From Seison nebaliae (lineage: Eukaryota): 64,000 nt of DNA. Shown piece by piece: positions 11,245 through 22,800 of the stretch. The notes under the pieces were generated by a model. It worked only from the letters and a program-made list of their open reading frames with translations. It was not told the origin of the DNA and did not search any database. Each line of letters begins with the position of its first letter. Within the stretch, counting starts at the first letter, position 1. The stretch is taken from the NCBI GenBank assembly GCA_023231475.1, contig JALJEE010002316.1, positions 124,001 through 188,000 on the forward strand, read 5' to 3'. The position numbers and the translations under genes are program-made.

Positions 11245-13834
11245 TAAACGGAATGAGAATGATGTTGTGTGGAAAGGATTGTGTGTGTTGAAGGCAGATA
11301 TGGTTTTGATTGATTATCATTCATAGAATTGCAGACGTGAATTACTAACCATTCTTATTGTAAGATGTATTTGTCGTAATTGTTTTATTTGTTAATTTAC
11401 TGATTATGTTTGAGAATTTGGGGTAGTTTCGAAGGAGAAGAACATCTTGAGGAAGGAGAATGTATATGAGATTATTGTTGAAGAAGATGATGATAATGAT
11501 GGAGAAGCATTTTGAAAGACAAGAGATAAGCAAACAAAAAAATTTTATTAATTATTTTAAATTCAATTCGGAAATTATGCAGAAATATTATACATACTTA
11601 ACAAATCAATAAAGAAGCGGATGGAGAATATTGGAGCGCTAATATGAACATCATTGGAGAAGTGGAGGAAGCACTTTCGATTATATCATATGCAGCCATG
11701 TCCACGACTACTTAGCTGGAGTGTAAAGATAATAAACCATCATCAACAAATGTCCTCGTCGTTAATGATGGGAATATGTTCAGTTATGGAAATTAGACTT
11801 CTTTCTTTCATCCTCTCCCGTCACTTCGTCGAGTAGTGTCGGAGAACTACAGACATTGTTGATGACAAGGACTATGATGTAGATTATCATGATTATCATG
11901 TTCTTCATAATCATAAGACTTATTGTTGCCAACAATCATGAAGATTAGCATAAGCTCAATAAAATAAATCTGCCAGTTCAAATTTTGTAGTGAGCGAATC
12001 GGTTGCAGTAGACTAATTATCGTGCATTTGTAGTGCACATCCATCATTGTGACATAGGCACAACTTATTGGAATGTTAATCATATCTCAAATTAATATGT
12101 TATTATTTGATTGAGCATTAACTCATCTCTTTGAAAGTTGTTTAAGGTAAATGAAATTTACTAATGAAAATAAAGAAATGAATATATAACTGGACGATTT
12201 TTGGTTCAAGTACGTGAACTCAACTCTTCTACCAAACATCAATCAATCTCATCATTTATTATCGACTTAATAGTGCTCTATTCTTCAATAAGTCGATGCA
12301 TGTGCACAATCTGTGCACAACCATACTCAGTCAGTTTATTGGAATTAATTGGATTGTAAGTGAATAGACATTAAGTCCAATCTTTAGTTTTCTTTTCGGA
12401 AATGATTCATAGAAAGATTAGAGTAATATGTTTAGATGTCGAATGCACAATTGGAACGATGCACCTTTCAATAAATATTTCATTGTGATAATCTCTTTTT
12501 AATAAAGAATCGTTCCTAATTTTATCTCAAAGGAAACTCCCATATCTCCTCGTATACTACTCGCTTTTTCATGAATATTAATTACACATCAACTATCGTT
12601 CAACCAATAATGGTAAATCGATGGGAGAAACAATAATACCATACATACCGATATGCCAAGTTAAAATAAAGGAAGAATAATTTGTTTCCTGAATGATTGG
12701 GGGAAGAAAACTGTCGATTATGTCATTTGCATATCAACATTCTTATAAAGTTATTCTTGTGCCCATGTTAATTTGGAGTCGACTCCATTGAAGATTTCGT
12801 TAAGGTAAGTGTTCGATTTGATTTGAAACTCGAGAACGAAGCAAGATAATAGAGTCGAACATATCTCTACTTGTCAATATTGAAGTAGTCTATTCGGACG
12901 ACTGATTGAATTATCATATTATTTCAAAATTAATCATTCCTTCATTCCTATATGTCTAATAGTCATTTTTTTAGATTACTTACTTCTCCCATTAAATTTG
13001 ACGACGTACCTCGATAATGTTATTTACAACACATGTCCATTCCTACCAACTTTAGTGCACTCTCATTTATAGATAGGACATATCCGCGAATTATCTTTTC
13101 GGACAACCGATGACATTCTCCTAAAACATCGCGTTCCATTTAACGGAACTAATTAAATTAATTAAGAAATTAGAAAGAGGTGTAGATGTGTGAATATATT
13201 AACATTTACTTAAAATAACTATTATTTTTAGGACTTAAAAGTTGGAAGTTTTTTTATTTCAAAAAAAAAGAAGAAAACACATTTCCCATCCTTCTCCTTC
13301 AATTTCCTCATGTAAAGAAGATCATTCTTCTTAATTGCTCTTCCGCTTAACCTGGCTACTTCTTCTTCTTCTTCGTCTACTTCTTCTTGTTATTAATGTT
13401 GAGGAGATTCAAATGAATAAACGAAATTAATGAAATATGAAAATCTTCTTCCGAATGAAACAATGTCATTAATTATTTAAAGGAGGAAATTTGTCGGTAG
13501 TAGAGACGTTTATCGAGATAACCATGAGTTACAGTTATGAGGAAAACAAACAAAACCTCATGAGAAATTGTCCAGTTTTCTATTTTATTTTTGAATAATT
13601 ATCTGTTATTCACATCTAATCTTCATCTATTCATTTGTTGATTATTTGAATTAAACCTCATAATTGTAACCTTGAAACGAGAATGATTCATCATTTTCCC
13701 ACCGTTTAATTGAGTTGTAATTCGCATGAGAATACTAATTTAAAATGCTTCACTTCAATTATAAAGACATTCATTTTTGAATTTCACTTGATTTTCGTTA
13801 CGGAAAATTATTTTTATTTTTTCCACCTTCCACC

Positions 13835-14347
13835 ATGCATTGTATGTCGGCCATCTATCTCACAAATGCTGACCCTCACGAATGTCAAAGATGGTTCCGA
13901 AAAATCTCCCAAATTTTACTGCTCTGTCCCACATTCAAGAATCGTCAACCGAAAGACGGAGGAAATTATTCCGATTATTTATCGATAGATCAATATCGAT
14001 ATATTAGTCGTTTGTGTATGGCAGAGAAACAGATAAAGGAATTGCCATCGCAATTAAAACACACAATCGTTCCATTCTACGAACAAATGCCACCTCTCAA
14101 CAATGTGAGTAGTAAACCTCAAGAGACCAAACGAAAGACGACCCGTTCAACAACGACGAATAAGAGAAAGCAGAAAAGGAAGACGAAGAAGAAGAAAATT
14201 CCGAAAAGAAGAAATTTTAATTTGATCCGAAGAAAAAGACCGAAACTGTTGAAAAAGAAGCAGAAGAAAGAGAAAGAGAACGAGAACTTTGACGAGGGCG
14301 ATAAAATCGATTTGATACAAGACATTGACAATTTGAGAAACGTGTAA
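13835..14347 (+). CDS. Unknown 170-aa protein with Lys/Arg-rich (NLS/nucleolar-like) C-terminal half
   Basis: ATG-initiated ORF with a globular-looking N half and a KRKQKRKTKKKK tract. Confidence 0.6.
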   Translation: MHCMSAIYLTNADPHECQRWFRKISQILLLCPTFKNRQPKDGGNYSDYLSIDQYRYISRLCMAEKQIKELPSQLKHTIVPFYEQMPPLNNVSSKPQETKRKTTRSTTTNKRKQKRKTKKKKIPKRRNFNLIRRKRPKLLKKKQKKEKENENFDEGDKIDLIQDIDNLRNV

Positions 14348-14468
14348 AATAAATTTTTTCTCCATATTTCTAATGACTATTTTCTTTTTAAAAAGTAAAT
14401 TAAATTATAAATATTTGAATCTAGGACAAAACGGCAATCTTTTATATTTTTTTCTAAAAAATGAGAAA

Positions 14469-14612
14469 TTGGACAAAACGGCACTCTTTTTTAAACATAA
14501 CTTTTTGAGTCTGAGATTTTGAGAAAAGAAAATTCCTTATCTACTTCTCTCTCTTTCAATCAATAGAATAGACTAAAAAAGTATGTATAAAAAAGGGTGC
14601 CGTTTTGTCTAA
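14469..14612. mobile_element. MITE-like element with ~43-bp imperfect terminal inverted repeats
   Basis: Left arm TGGACAAAACGGCACTCTTTTTTAAACATAACTTTTTGAGTCT; the right arm (14570-14611) reverse-complements to TAGACAAAACGGCACCCTTTTTTATACATACTTTTTTAGTCT. Extra partial copy of the arm at ~14422-14443. Confidence 0.6.
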
Positions 14613-14947
14613 CGATAGGAACTAACGATTAAATGAAACATAATTTTAAGGTGCTAAATAAATTTTGTGAAGAAATTTCAGATAAGTAAATTATAATGTC
14701 CATCTTTAATGAATTTGAAGGGAGTTAATCATGCGATTCATGATACATGATCCCATTTGGACGGTCGCCATCATAATTAATTCATTAACGATAATTATAT
14801 CATCGACAATAGTATATCATTTGACATTTGAAGCAGAATATTATTATAGTTTCTTTCCTTCTTTTCCTGCAAAATATAAAAACGATTTTCGTAAAAGATT
14901 TTTCAAAAAAATTCTTGAAATTTTTTCTCGTAATTTTCGTGAGCAGG

Positions 14948-15267
14948 ATGAATTATTTCCGTAAAATCTTCATTATCTTTCTATTGTTATTCGTTTCGTT
15001 AACGAATTCGATGCATTTGGAAAATAAACGATATTTCGGTTTACTAATGAGCAGGAACAATAATGACGCGGACAAATCAAACGATTATTTTCCAATGATG
15101 TATATCGGACAGGACAAACATGTGTCGACATTGCAGAGAATATTAAAGTTTTAATTTATCTCACACATTTTCTTCTCATCTACCTCAATAATTGTAGTCA
15201 ATTGAAAACGGAGACGAAATGGAGAAAACCGAAGAATTATTTCGAGAATCCATATTTGAAATTTTAG
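14948..15267 (+). CDS. Small secreted protein, neuropeptide-precursor-like (2 exons)
   Basis: Signal peptide MNYFRKIFIIFLLLFVSLTNS, then MHLEN-KR-YFGLLMSR. Intron 15148-15197 (GTT..TAG, 50 nt) extends the frame to TAG at 15267. Confidence 0.6.
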
Positions 15268-15330
15268 AAAAATTCTTCTTAAAATCTTTATTCGTAATTA
15301 ATTAGAAAATGAATTAATTTAAATAAATTC

Positions 15331-15738
15331 TTATTGTCCCGTTGGCATCGTATCGGTAAGTTTTTGAAATGTTCGATTTTTTATATGAGTTTTCTTCAAG
15401 TCGCTTAATGTCATACTGTTGATATCTTCGTTTTCTGAATTTATCGAATTCTTCTCGCTAATTACTTTTTTAATTTTTTTTATTGATCGTTTAATATCAC
15501 TATCGTATAGTAGTTCGGCTTGGATATGCTTATATCGATAAATGAAGTAACTGAATATGATGACGGAAAGAAATAATTGAGTGAGAGAGATACCTAAAAT
15601 AGTTTTCGTTATCACTTCACAGTAACTGGACTCGCAACTAATGCGGAGGAGAAATGGCTGAACTTTCTCTTTCGACATCTCCACATCGTTCCCATTTAAT
15701 TTGGCGAAGAAAGTTACGAAAATGAAAGAGGAGAACAT
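15331..15738 (-). CDS. Small type I membrane protein (signal peptide, Cys pair, one TM, basic tail)
   Basis: MFSSFIFVTFFAKLNG..., CESSYC, hydrophobic ILGISLTQLFLSVIIFSYFIY followed by RYK. Confidence 0.6.
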   Translation of the reverse strand: MFSSFIFVTFFAKLNGNDVEMSKEKVQPFLLRISCESSYCEVITKTILGISLTQLFLSVIIFSYFIYRYKHIQAELLYDSDIKRSIKKIKKVISEKNSINSENEDINSMTLSDLKKTHIKNRTFQKLTDTMPTGQ

Positions 15739-15831
15739 ATTCTTATTTGGAGTTTTCAATAAAGAATGGGAATAAATGAAATGAAAGTAATTTGAAAAAT
15801 CAAATTTTTTCAGATTTTCCTTCTGAAATAG

Positions 15832-18435
15832 TTAGAGAATGAGTTCGAGTAAATTCGTCTTTAACTTTTCCACTTCTTTCTTATGTAATTCACCGATTCC
15901 CACGGCAGGTGCAGAAATCGGTGGACGTCCATGATAATGAATTTTCGTTCTTAATAAATGACGAAATCGAGCGTCAATAAATGACCAACATCCACCATTT
16001 TCCGGTTCTTCTTGTGACCAGATAATTTTTTCACAATTTTCAAATTTTGAGAGAATATCATGCAATTCCATCGCTGGAAATGGTACCAATTGTTCCAGAC
16101 GAATCAGTTCGACATTATTGTAATCTGCTAAAAGTTCTTTGACTAAATAATAATGACGTCCGGAAACCAGAATTATAGTTTTAATTTGAATTTTCGAATT
16201 TTTCTTTTCGGGAATGACAGGAAGAAATTTCGTTCCCATCGACATTTCCTCATAAGTGGAAATACATTGGGGATGTCGTAACATTCCTTTTGGTGTTGGT
16301 ATGATTAGCGGTGTTCTAAAATTTCTTTCAATTTGTCGTCGTAATAAATGGAAATATTGAGATGGTGTTGATGGATTTGATATTTGAATATTGATGGTAT
16401 CGTCATCGATTTTCGTTTGTTGACTATTGGTCAATTGGAGGAATCGTTCGATTCGACATGACGTATGTTCCGGTCCCATACCTTCATATCCGTGTGGTAA
16501 TAATAGAACGAGTGCTGATTGTAATAACCATTTTGAATAAGCAGAAGCGATGAATGTGTCAATAACTGCTTGAGCGCCATTGAAAAAGTCGCCAAATTGT
16601 GCTTCCCAAATAGTCAATTGTTTGGGCGTTTCTAACGAATGACCAAATTCAAAAGCTAAAACTGCTTCTTCCGATAATAAAGAATTACAAACTTCCAATC
16701 TTCCTTCACACAACAAATCATTTAATGGTATATGACACTCTTCAGTTTGCTGATCGATTAATGTGAAATGTCGTTGTGCGAATGTGCCTCTTCCACAATC
16801 TTGGCCACTTAATCGCACATTGTGCCCATCCATCATTAACGACCCAATAGCACATGCTTCGGCCGTTGCCCAATCGATCGGTAATTTTTCATTCGATCTC
16901 TCTAACCGTTTCTCGATATGATGTTTCATGATGGTGGAATGAGGAACAATTCGTTCGATTTCTCGATCTCCCAATGAAACTGACATCGACGTGATCATTT
17001 TCAATTCTTCTTTTCGACAACCAGTTGACCATTTGGTGATTTCCCCTTTTTTCGGATGAACAATATTTTCTGACCATTTCTTCTTCAAACTATAATCCGT
17101 CGGATTAACATTTTCACATTCATCTAATGACTCATTTAAAAAATTTCGAAATTTCAAAATTTCATTTTTCAAATTATTTTCATTTAAAATTTTTCTTTTT
17201 TTCAAATTCTCACAAATAGTTTGTGGAATTGAGAGGATTCTTGAACGGATTTCTTCATAAGTTTTCGGTTGAGTAAATGACGGTTCATCCAATTCATTAT
17301 GTCCCCATTTCCGCATACAAACCATATCGATAATGATATCGTTTTTAAATTTCTTCCGATATTCTACTGCCAATTGAGCTGCTTTCAAAATCATTTCTAA
17401 ATTCTCACCATCTACTCGAATAACGGGAATATTCTTTCCTGATAATTTAGCTGTATCTGAAGTAAAAATTGATGATCTTCCATCTTTCACATTAGTAGCG
17501 AAACCCAATTCATTATTCACTATCACATGAATTGATCCATTCACATTAAATCCTTTCAAATCACTCATTTGAATCATTTCGGCGATAACTCCTTGTCCAG
17601 CAAATGCTGCATCGCCATGAATCTGAAGATTGAAAATATCATCATGAGAAGCATCTCCCATTTTACTTCTCGTTTTCCCCATTGATACTGGACTCACCAA
17701 TTCCAAATGTGATGGATTCGGAATTAAACTACATTCCACCCCACAAATATCGTTCGTCAGAAATAAATGAGATAAAACATCACCAGTTATCATGGGATTA
17801 TTTTCAGTGATATGTGCAGGAAATTCAGACATTCCACGAATCTTTCGGAACATTAGACATGGATCATATTTCAATAAATTTACAAGAATATTACAACGAC
17901 CTCGATGTACCGCTCCAATGACACATTTCTTCAATCCATTATCATGAGCTGATTTGAAGAGTTGATGTAAAAGAGCGATGCTTCCTTCTGCTCCTTCACC
18001 CGAATATCGTTTTAATGACGGAAATTTTTTTCCCATAAAAATATCTAATTCTTCCGATTTAGCCATTAAAATCGCCGAATTTCTCAACGTCTCTTCATTA
18101 ATATTTTCGTCGAATAATTCTTCATATCTATCCCACAACCAATTCCGTCTCTCTTCATCGAACATATGATCAGCTTCTATTGTTAATGATTTGGAATAAC
18201 GTTGGAGAAATTCATTTAAAATTTTCTCATTCATCATCGATTCTTTTACATTCAAACATTTCAATGTTAAACTTTTACAATAACTCTTATTCAATTTTGA
18301 TGAATACCAGTGACCGGAAGAACGACATTTATCTCGAATTATTCCATATTCTAACGGATCGATTTCTTCTTTCACGATCGTTCTCGTCGAAAGACGACGG
18401 ACGATGTTCTTATTCAAATAACGAATTCTCAACAT
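15832..18435 (-). CDS. DHTKD1: 2-oxoadipate dehydrogenase E1 component, mitochondrial, intronless
   Basis: KRYSGEGAE, HRGR, NPSHLE, TPP motif GDAAFAGQG, WGHNELDEP, RLSGQD, WEAQFGDF, LPHGYEGMGPEH; Arg-rich mitochondrial presequence. Confidence 0.95.
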   Translation of the reverse strand: MLRIRYLNKNIVRRLSTRTIVKEEIDPLEYGIIRDKCRSSGHWYSSKLNKSYCKSLTLKCLNVKESMMNEKILNEFLQRYSKSLTIEADHMFDEERRNWLWDRYEELFDENINEETLRNSAILMAKSEELDIFMGKKFPSLKRYSGEGAEGSIALLHQLFKSAHDNGLKKCVIGAVHRGRCNILVNLLKYDPCLMFRKIRGMSEFPAHITENNPMITGDVLSHLFLTNDICGVECSLIPNPSHLELVSPVSMGKTRSKMGDASHDDIFNLQIHGDAAFAGQGVIAEMIQMSDLKGFNVNGSIHVIVNNELGFATNVKDGRSSIFTSDTAKLSGKNIPVIRVDGENLEMILKAAQLAVEYRKKFKNDIIIDMVCMRKWGHNELDEPSFTQPKTYEEIRSRILSIPQTICENLKKRKILNENNLKNEILKFRNFLNESLDECENVNPTDYSLKKKWSENIVHPKKGEITKWSTGCRKEELKMITSMSVSLGDREIERIVPHSTIMKHHIEKRLERSNEKLPIDWATAEACAIGSLMMDGHNVRLSGQDCGRGTFAQRHFTLIDQQTEECHIPLNDLLCEGRLEVCNSLLSEEAVLAFEFGHSLETPKQLTIWEAQFGDFFNGAQAVIDTFIASAYSKWLLQSALVLLLPHGYEGMGPEHTSCRIERFLQLTNSQQTKIDDDTINIQISNPSTPSQYFHLLRRQIERNFRTPLIIPTPKGMLRHPQCISTYEEMSMGTKFLPVIPEKKNSKIQIKTIILVSGRHYYLVKELLADYNNVELIRLEQLVPFPAMELHDILSKFENCEKIIWSQEEPENGGCWSFIDARFRHLLRTKIHYHGRPPISAPAVGIGELHKKEVEKLKTNLLELIL

Positions 18436-18620
18436 TTCCCTTCCGAAATGAATCCAACTGGTCCAATCTCATCATTTGGGAAAGAGAATGAGCTTTCAAT
18501 AATTTAAGGTGAAATTTTATTAAATAATAAAAATAAAGAGAACTATTTCAATTTTTGAGCGTCTCCATCTTCTTTTCGGTCATCTTCGTTCACAAAAACT
18601 TTTTTCAAAATATTTTACAA

Positions 18621-18750
18621 AAATTTTTTGGGAAAAATTCAAAAAAAAATTTGAAAAATTCTCAAGAAATTTTTTAGAAAAATTCAAAAAAAAATTTGAA
18701 AAATTCTCTAGAAATTTTTTAGGAAAATTCAAAAAAAATTTAAGAAAATT
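18621..18750. repeat. Tandem repeat, ~45-bp A/T-tract unit, about 3 copies
   Basis: GAAAA(A)TTCAAAAAAAA(A)TTT recurs at ~18632, ~18677 and ~18723. Confidence 0.8.
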
Positions 18751-18802
18751 AAGAATGGAATTTGGAAAACATTTTCTATGTACAATTCAGACGAGAGAGA
18801 AA

Positions 18803-19516
18803 TTATTTGACGATTTTTTCTTCATCAGAATCGGAATCTGAATTTTCATTATCTGAAAAACCGAAATCATCCATTCCTATCCAATTATCGTTTTTCATTC
18901 GTTTCCGTTTGAATTGATGATCATCATCTTTCCCGTCATTATCATCCACGTCATTATTCTTATTCTTCAATGCTTCGTCGATTCCTGTGGCGATGGATTC
19001 ATTTTTCTCTTTGATCGTGTCCAATAAATCGTTAACAACATCGACGTCAGTTCTTTCATTTTCCTCGTTAAATTTTTGTCGTTCTAATTCCTCTCTCTCT
19101 TTCTCTTGACCAATACGTCGTTTTCGATCGATTCGTTTCCTTTTTCGCTTTTTATTTCCATTCTCTTCTTCCTCCTCTTCTTTCGGGTCGTTGGAGAACC
19201 ATTTCTTTATATCCTTCTCATTTTGAACATCTCGAAATCGACGTCCAGTCAAATCTCGACAAGCTAATCGATTCTTTGAAATGACGATGCCTTTTCCAAA
19301 TGCACGTAACAATGAACCAAATCCACCTTTCCCTCCTAATAATCTCGGAGTAACCGTCACTAATCCATTGGGATATAATTCATTTATGTCTCTTATCAAT
19401 TTACTCTCATGATCTCTTACATGGTAATTGGTGAATAAACTTTCATCAATTTCACTTTTATCGATCACTTCATATTTGTTAGTGAATGAGAAGGGACAAT
19501 AAAAAATAATTGACAT
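18803..19516 (-). CDS. SDE2: SDE2 splicing/replication-stress factor (ubiquitin-like N-terminus), intronless
   Basis: Cleavage motif [14 protein letters not shown] followed by ACRDLTGRR. Confidence 0.92.
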   Translation of the reverse strand: MSIIFYCPFSFTNKYEVIDKSEIDESLFTNYHVRDHESKLIRDINELYPNGLVTVTPRLLGGKGGFGSLLRAFGKGIVISKNRLACRDLTGRRFRDVQNEKDIKKWFSNDPKEEEEEENGNKKRKRKRIDRKRRIGQEKEREELERQKFNEENERTDVDVVNDLLDTIKEKNESIATGIDEALKNKNNDVDDNDGKDDDHQFKRKRMKNDNWIGMDDFGFSDNENSDSDSDEEKIVK

Positions 19517-19823
19517 AATTTTAAAAACAATTTTTTGTTCTAAGCTTAAAATTTAAATTTAAGAGGAAAAATTTTTCAAATTAAAATTAATTTCTCTATT
19601 CATAAAATTATTCTTTCTCCCGACCATTCAAATTGTCCTCTTTCTCTTTCCATTCCGTCTATCTATCATTGCCGACTTTTCTTATAAATCAATTTATCTC
19701 ATTAGAAAATTGGTCAATTACAAATTGCCGAATAATCTTTTGATTTTAAGTCGAGGAATTTTGAGTTTGAGAAAATTTTTCAAATTTTTTTTCCAGTTAT
19801 TCCAAATTAGAAAAAACGACATA
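19517..19823. promoter_or_regulatory. Probable bidirectional promoter SDE2/SMC4
   Basis: Head-to-head start codons 307 bp apart (inferred from arrangement only). Confidence 0.45.
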
Positions 19824-22800
19824 ATGGAGACAAATCTCGAGGCGTTCGATATCGAACAAATTTCCCAACAAGATTTACAACAATTTGATTTTAGACATAT
19901 CGCTACTGATTGTATGAGAACTAGAGCGATGATAGCGAAAAATATTTCGGCAGCTCAACGTCTCATTATCACGAATATTTTCATGGAGAATTTCAAATCG
20001 TATTTTGGTCGTCATCGATTGGGAACGTTTAATCCAAATCTTTCCTGCATTATCGGACCGAACGGTAATGGGAAGAGTAATATAATTGACGCGTTGTTGT
20101 TCGTGTTTGGATTTAGTGCGAAGAAAATTCGTTCGCAGAAATTGAGTGTGTTAATACATCGTCCACAGATGGAGAGACATGTGAATATAAATTCTTGTCG
20201 AGTCGATATCGAAATGGGTATGTGGAATGGATTGACGAATTCGGTTAATAGTGCGAAATTTATTATTAGTCGAGTGGTAAATAAGAATGGAAATAATCAT
20301 TACGAATTGAATGGTGTGGCAGTTGGGAGGAATAAAATATTGGATTTATTATCATCATATGGAATTGATTTGGAACATCATCGATTTCTCATTCTACAAG
20401 GTGAAGTGGAGAAGATTTCAGGAATGCAGTCGATGGATTTGATTGATTATGTTGAGGACGCCATTGGAACTATTCGATTTAAAAAACCGGTAAATATTAT
20501 GGAGAAATTATTAAGTGAATTTATCGAAGAAAGTTCAAAAAGAAGTTTAGAAGAAACTCAATCAGCGATCGCTCTTAAGAAACTGATAGAAAATTGTCAG
20601 AAAGTAAAAATGGAGATCGATGAACGAAACGAGAAGAATCGGAAAGGATTCTCTTATTATCGATTGATGAATTTCATTTGTACTTTACAATTGAAAATTT
20701 TAAAAAATCGAAAACAAATCGAAGAAAAGAAAAAAAATGAGAGCGAGAAATTGATGAATGAGAAACAGATTGAATTGATTCGAATAGAGAATGAATTGAA
20801 GAAATTGAGAATGAAGAAAGATTGGAAGACGAAGGAATTGGATGAATGGAAAAAGAAGAAAATGAGTTTGGAGAAAGAGATGAAGAAAATTGAAAGAAAA
20901 TTGGAAGAAATTCATTTGACAATTGTCGATTGTGAGAAAGATATTTTAGAATATCAAGAGAAATTAGAAGAATTAAAGAAAAATGAAAAAGATAAAGAAT
21001 GGAAAGAATATTTAAATAATAAGAATGAGTTGAAATTGAATTTGGATGAAGAGATCAATGAAGAAAGACAGAAATGTCAAATTGAACAAATGAATGAAGA
21101 TAAACGATTAGGAAGTATTGGAAAAGAGAAATTGAAAATGGAAGAGGAATACCTTTCTCCACTAACCAATCGATTGACTCAATTTAATGGGAATCTTCAA
21201 AAATTGTGTTTGGAAAAAAAACGAATTTCCTCCGATATCGATGTGAAGGAATTGAATGAGAAAATTGAAAGTTTATCATTTGAAATTGATAAAGAAGAAA
21301 ATAAAATTGAAATATATCGAGAAGAAATGAATGAATTAATGTTATCGATTGGGAAGAATGACAAGAATATGGAACAAATGGAAAAAGAGTTTGAAAGGAT
21401 CGGTAAAAAGAAGGAAAATCTCCAAATTGAACTTGAGAAATTGAGTAACGAATTGGGAAATGCGAAAGAAGTTCAATTGACTACAAGATCGTCAACGGGA
21501 ACTGATCGGGTATTAAAAGATGCACAATTATCAGGACGTATCAATGGATTTCATGGACGATTAGGTGAATTGGGATCGATCGATGCGCCGTATGATATCG
21601 CCGTTTCAACGGCATTTGGAAATTTGATGAATTTCGTGGTAAATGATATGAATTGTGGACGAGAATGTGTGAAGATTTTGAGAGAGAATGAATGTGGTGT
21701 CAGTTCATTCATTTCATTGAAAGACATCGAATATATGAGACGACGAATGGAGAATCAATTCCAATGTCCTAACAAAGCGAAACGATTATTCGATTTAGTT
21801 AAATTTTCTGATAATCGATATCGTTTACCATTTTATTTCGTCATGGGAGATACTCTCGTTACTGACACGTTAGACGATGCGAAATCCATCGCTTATCAAT
21901 CGAAACAACAGAATTATCGAACTCGAATTGTAACGATGGCGGGACAATTAATCGAACCATCAGGATCGATGAGTGGTGGTGGTAGACAAAAACGGGGTTT
22001 GATGAATTTGAATCGAGTAAGTCGAGTGAGTTCGAATAAATGTCGAACGAAAAGTATCACACAGAAATCGAATAAAGAATTAGAAGTTGAATGTGAAAAT
22101 AAGAAATTAGAAATTGGAAAATTGAGGGGGGAATTTGAATTTTTAGAAGATAAAATTGGTCCGTTGAAAATTGAATTGGAATCTCAAAGAAAATTATTGA
22201 AAGAACATCGACAAATGATTGAACGGATCAATATGACGAATGAAATGAAAATGAAAAGTTTGAAAGAAATGGAAAGAATGAAAGTGAAAGTGGATGAGAA
22301 TCAACCGAAAATCGACAAATTCGAAAAAGAAATCGAATTTAATGAGAAAGAATTGGAATTTGTCAAAGAAGAAATTTCGAAAGAAAAGAAAAAAATTAAC
22401 GACCTGTTCAAAACGAGATTAAAACCATCGGAAGCTATTGAAGAGTTTAATAAACGAATCGAAACTTTAATAAAAGATCGATTAGAAATCGTGAACGATA
22501 TGGTGAAAATGACGAATATGATGGAAAAGAGAGAGAAGGAAATGAAGGAATTAGAACGAGCATTAAAGAAAAGTCGGAAACGATTAAGTAATTCAAATTA
22601 TCAAAGTGAAGATTTAAAGAATCAACTCGTTTATTTCGAGAGAGAATGGAATTCAGATGTCCAACAGAACTTGGAAGAAGAACAATTTGAATTGAATGAA
22701 AATTTAAATAAGTTGACAAATGAACATAATTATAAATCAAAAGAACATAAAGAGGAAATAGAGAAAATGAAAAATGTGAACGTGAAAATGGAAGATGTGT

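Noticed and set aside
15832..18435. Bacterial horizontal transfer of intronless DHTKD1 or PDXK
   Set aside because: Mitochondrial presequence and eukaryote-type motifs, with composition matching neighbours; eukaryote-specific SMC4 and SDE2 are also intronless.
18621..18750. Possible CRISPR-like array
   Set aside because: Contiguous tandem units with no unique spacers, in a eukaryotic context.
19710..19823. N-terminal extension of SMC4 in the ORF track
   Set aside because: TTG start and Phe/Leu-rich UTR-like sequence; first ATG is at 19824.
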